Origin: Pyrinomonadaceae bacterium
Lineage (GTDB): Bacteria; Acidobacteriota; Blastocatellia; Pyrinomonadales; Pyrinomonadaceae
Assembly: GCA_041750855.1 (NCBI GenBank)
Contig: JBGSYT010000172.1
Span: 6,802-70,801, forward strand
DNA length: 64,000 nucleotides
Direction of reading: 5' to 3'
Shown: positions 63,542 through 64,000 of the stretch, in pieces
Layout of the letters: each line of letters begins with the position of its first letter
Position numbering within the stretch: the first letter of the stretch is position 1
Made by a program: the position numbers and the translations under genes
The notes under the pieces: generated by a model
Seen by the model: only the letters and a program-made list of their open reading frames with translations
Databases searched by the model: none
What the model was told of the DNA's origin: nothing

Positions 63542-64000
63542 ATGGCAAATATAACTAGAACCGACGACCAACGACCAAGAACAAAACAATTTCTCAGGCT
63601 ATTTCGTCTTGCGGCAGTGTCGGCATTGATCGCACTGACAGTATCTCACTCGGGTTTCGCGCAGACGATCAATATCGACCGCGTTATCGCGGAACTAGAG
63701 CCCGAGATCCATCGCACTCTTATAGCCGGTAATATACCCTCGGCCTCGATCGCGCTTGTCTCAGGCGACCAGGTCGTATGGACAGGATCCTACGGCTATT
63801 CAAACTTATGGGCTCGTACGCCTGCAACGCCCAGCACTGTTTATCTCATCGGTTCGACATTCAAGGCGATGTCGACAGTCGCTTTGCTTCAGCAGATGGA
63901 GGAGGGCAAATTCAAGCTCGACGACCGTGTCAATGACTACCTGACGGAATTCAAGATCCAAAAAGAAGACCCAAAGAACCCGGTGACCTTTAGGCATTTA
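63542..64000 (+). CDS. Beta-lactamase-fold serine hydrolase (S12-like), 3' end off-window
   Basis: The ATG at 63542 opens a frame that runs to the window end, and the ORF track does not list it. It has a signal peptide (AAVSALIALTVSHSGFAQ) and the S-x-x-K motif LIGSTFKAM. Confidence 0.7.
   Translation, partial: MANITRTDDQRPRTKQFLRLFRLAAVSALIALTVSHSGFAQTINIDRVIAELEPEIHRTLIAGNIPSASIALVSGDQVVWTGSYGYSNLWARTPATPSTVYLIGSTFKAMSTVALLQQMEEGKFKLDDRVNDYLTEFKIQKEDPKNPVTFRHL

Overview
This is a moderately GC-rich bacterial chromosome segment. The gene content suggests an Acidobacteria-like soil organism, but that is inference only. I found no rRNA, no intact tRNA and no CRISPR array. The window falls into five blocks. 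(1) 1-31.2 kb is a large Wzx/Wzy-type exopolysaccharide locus of the PEP-CTERM/exosortase (EpsH/XrtA) kind. It holds EpsI, a chain-length determinant, an ExeA-like ATPase, a BY-kinase, the priming sugar transferase and a Wza-like exporter. It also holds three AsnB-family amidotransferase paralogs, two FemAB-like GNAT proteins, glycosyltransferases, two methyltransferases, Wzy, Wzx, a heparinase II/III-like protein, DUF218, WecB and a beta-helix lipoprotein. (2) 31.8-45.6 kb is the most unusual part. Two convergent, apparently secreted TPR-CHAT (caspase-like) proteins bracket a tightly coupled minus-strand operon. That operon encodes an ECF-type sigma factor, a single-pass anti-sigma, two LolA/RseB-like secreted proteins, three paralogous small anchored beta-barrel-like proteins and an NTF2-like protein. 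The last 147 codons of the two CHAT genes form a 444-bp inverted repeat with about 97% amino-acid but only about 88% nucleotide identity. (3) 45.7-52.5 kb encodes secreted hydrolases (EEP, Tat-SGNH), a ToxR/CadC-like winged-helix regulator fused to a long WD40 array, and a secreted protein with a (Thr-Pro)11 linker. (4) 52.5-53.5 kb is a roughly 1-kb non-coding gap. It contains a truncated tyrosine-recombinase relic whose catalytic Tyr is replaced by His, next to a 47-nt tRNA-Arg(ACG)-like 3' fragment, which looks like the scar of an integrative element. (5) 53.5-64 kb holds an RpiR regulator divergent from a TonB-dependent receptor, a tricorn-like protease, an S15 CocE/NonD peptidase and an S12 serine hydrolase that is cut by the window end. 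All functional calls rest on motifs read by eye, and no database search was run.
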